The translations under genes were made by a program, and so were the position numbers. This document shows, in pieces, positions 62,571-64,000 of a DNA stretch of 64,000 nucleotides (within the stretch, counting starts at the first letter, position 1; each line of letters opens with the position of its first letter). The notes under the pieces were generated by a model. It was not told where the DNA came from, searched no databases, and saw only the letters and a program-made list of their open reading frames with translations. This DNA is from Dicyema japonicum (Eukaryota; Animalia; Dicyemida). The stretch is taken from contig RDEW01000019.1 in the NCBI GenBank assembly GCA_011109175.1, forward strand, positions 308,028 through 372,027. Reading direction: 5' to 3'.

Positions 62571-63744
62571 ACAGTCGTCATAATTAATTATAATTTTATT
62601 AAATAAAGTGTTGGATTAAATAAATAAAATTAAAAAATAATTTAATTAAATTCACACAATTTACATGGTTTTCCGATTTGTTTAATAATTTTACCATAAA
62701 ATTTAATAAATTTGTCAAAAATGTCTAATAACTATGCCTTAATGTTTAGTAACTTTATCAAAATGTTTAAAAATTGTGTCAAAAAGTTTAATACCTTTTG
62801 AATAATGTTTAATTACAGGTCAATTTGCGCAAAAATTAAATTTTAAGTGAATCTGAAGAAAGGCTACACACATTGACACTTCAGAAATTCACTCACAATA
62901 ACCAATTCTTTTGTTGTCTATCTGGAAGCTGCTTTTCGTAATTGAGAGCTAAAGCTTGTCCTACTTCTATCTAGGAATTATGATATGCGGATGACCTGGA
63001 TTTTAGTTTTGAATATGATGATATCTATTCTTTTTCTAACAAGAGTACTGCAGGGTAAATGAAATTATTTTTTTCAGACAAGAGTACTGCAAGTTAATTA
63101 AATTGGTCTAATTTTGGAGAATTAGACGTGAAGTCAACACAAAGCAGTCTGAAGTAGTTAGCAGGAGAATGATAAGAGAATCTTTTGCCTTCTTTAGAAT
63201 CAAATAGATGATATTGTTCCAAGTAACGAATGACCAACATTCGCTCTCTCGAATTGATTTTATGTGAAATATTAAAAAATCGAATAAGGTAATCGTTTGA
63301 TGACAAAATAATTTTTTGTGCGATTTTGGCAAATTTGTGCGATCAGGACTGAAAGCTTTTCAACTTCCGATGTTCTTTTCTACTTGATAGTAAAAAATAG
63401 GTCATATTTTTCATTGACAGTAAAATTAGGTCAACCGTTAAAGTAATTTTAAATATACATTTGATGACAATAGATGCTATTAGTACTCTTACTATTATTC
63501 GCAACCAAATGTGGATGCAATTGTTTATTCTGACCTTGCACCCTTTTCTTATTTCTTGATCAGTGGACGTATAGGAGGACATTCCCTTAATCATTTAAAT
63601 GACCAAATTAATTTGAAATCACATTAAGATATGTTTTTGAAATTTGAAAAAGAAAAAGTTTCTTTAACGCAATATGATGCTAGAAATCAGCTTCAAGACG
63701 ACTAGAAATTATTCAACAAATGTTTGGTTGAATGTTTATCCATG

Positions 63745-64000
63745 TGGTAAAATTGGCAATTTTCTGACGACGAGGCAGTGAGAATAGCTGTCCGTCTTGA
63801 CCTTAATTTTGTGTTAAATAAAAATGGACTTTTGGATGCTGGATCGATGTTTATCATCCTTTAAGCTGATTTATTGCAGATCCCCGACATGAGTCACTAC
63901 TTGACATTAAAAAATGCACTTTCTCTTCTGGCCACCACTAGTTTTTTTTCTATGGCAACGCCCCGAAGCGGAAACAATAATCCCATTCGCTAATGGTCGA
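63745..64000 (+). mobile_element. CRE-clade LINE remnant
   Basis: IGNFL.DDEAVRIAVRL, DPRHESLL and GKRP-like ..ETIIPFANGR. Confidence 0.5.

Noticed and set aside
62690-62815. Loose AAAATGTTTA-like repeats
   Set aside because: Too irregular to distinguish from AT-rich background.
1-64000. CRISPR arrays, rRNA, snRNA, telomeric arrays, prokaryotic operons
   Set aside because: None seen; the window is spliceosomal-intron-bearing eukaryotic DNA using the standard code.

Overview
AT-rich eukaryotic (animal) nuclear DNA with very small GT-AG spliceosomal introns (mostly 22-27 nt). The striated-type myosin heavy chain has lophotrochozoan-like signatures, so a dicyemid mesozoan is the best guess, although other reduced parasites cannot be excluded (inference). 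A few host genes sit as islands in dense, fragmented transposon debris: an ANKRD26-like gene, EBP2, a SAP-domain orphan, NUP50, INTS9, DNA polymerase kappa, and a myosin II heavy chain. The myosin is joined in frame, at position 58043/58044, to an internal piece of cytoplasmic dynein heavy chain. The debris includes RTE-like, I/Jockey-like, CRE-like and R4/Dong-like LINEs, tRNA-derived SINEs, Buster-type hAT and Tigger/pogo elements, and a Gypsy integrase relic. The most notable observations are the myosin-dynein chimera, host-type tiny introns inside DNA transposase genes, a candidate HDV-like fold in a LINE 5' UTR, and recurring ~100-bp A/T-only islands. Most host genes carry 1-nt indels in homopolymer runs, so consensus errors are a real caveat. 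All family assignments come from manual translation and motif recall, not database searches. Boundaries of relics are approximate.
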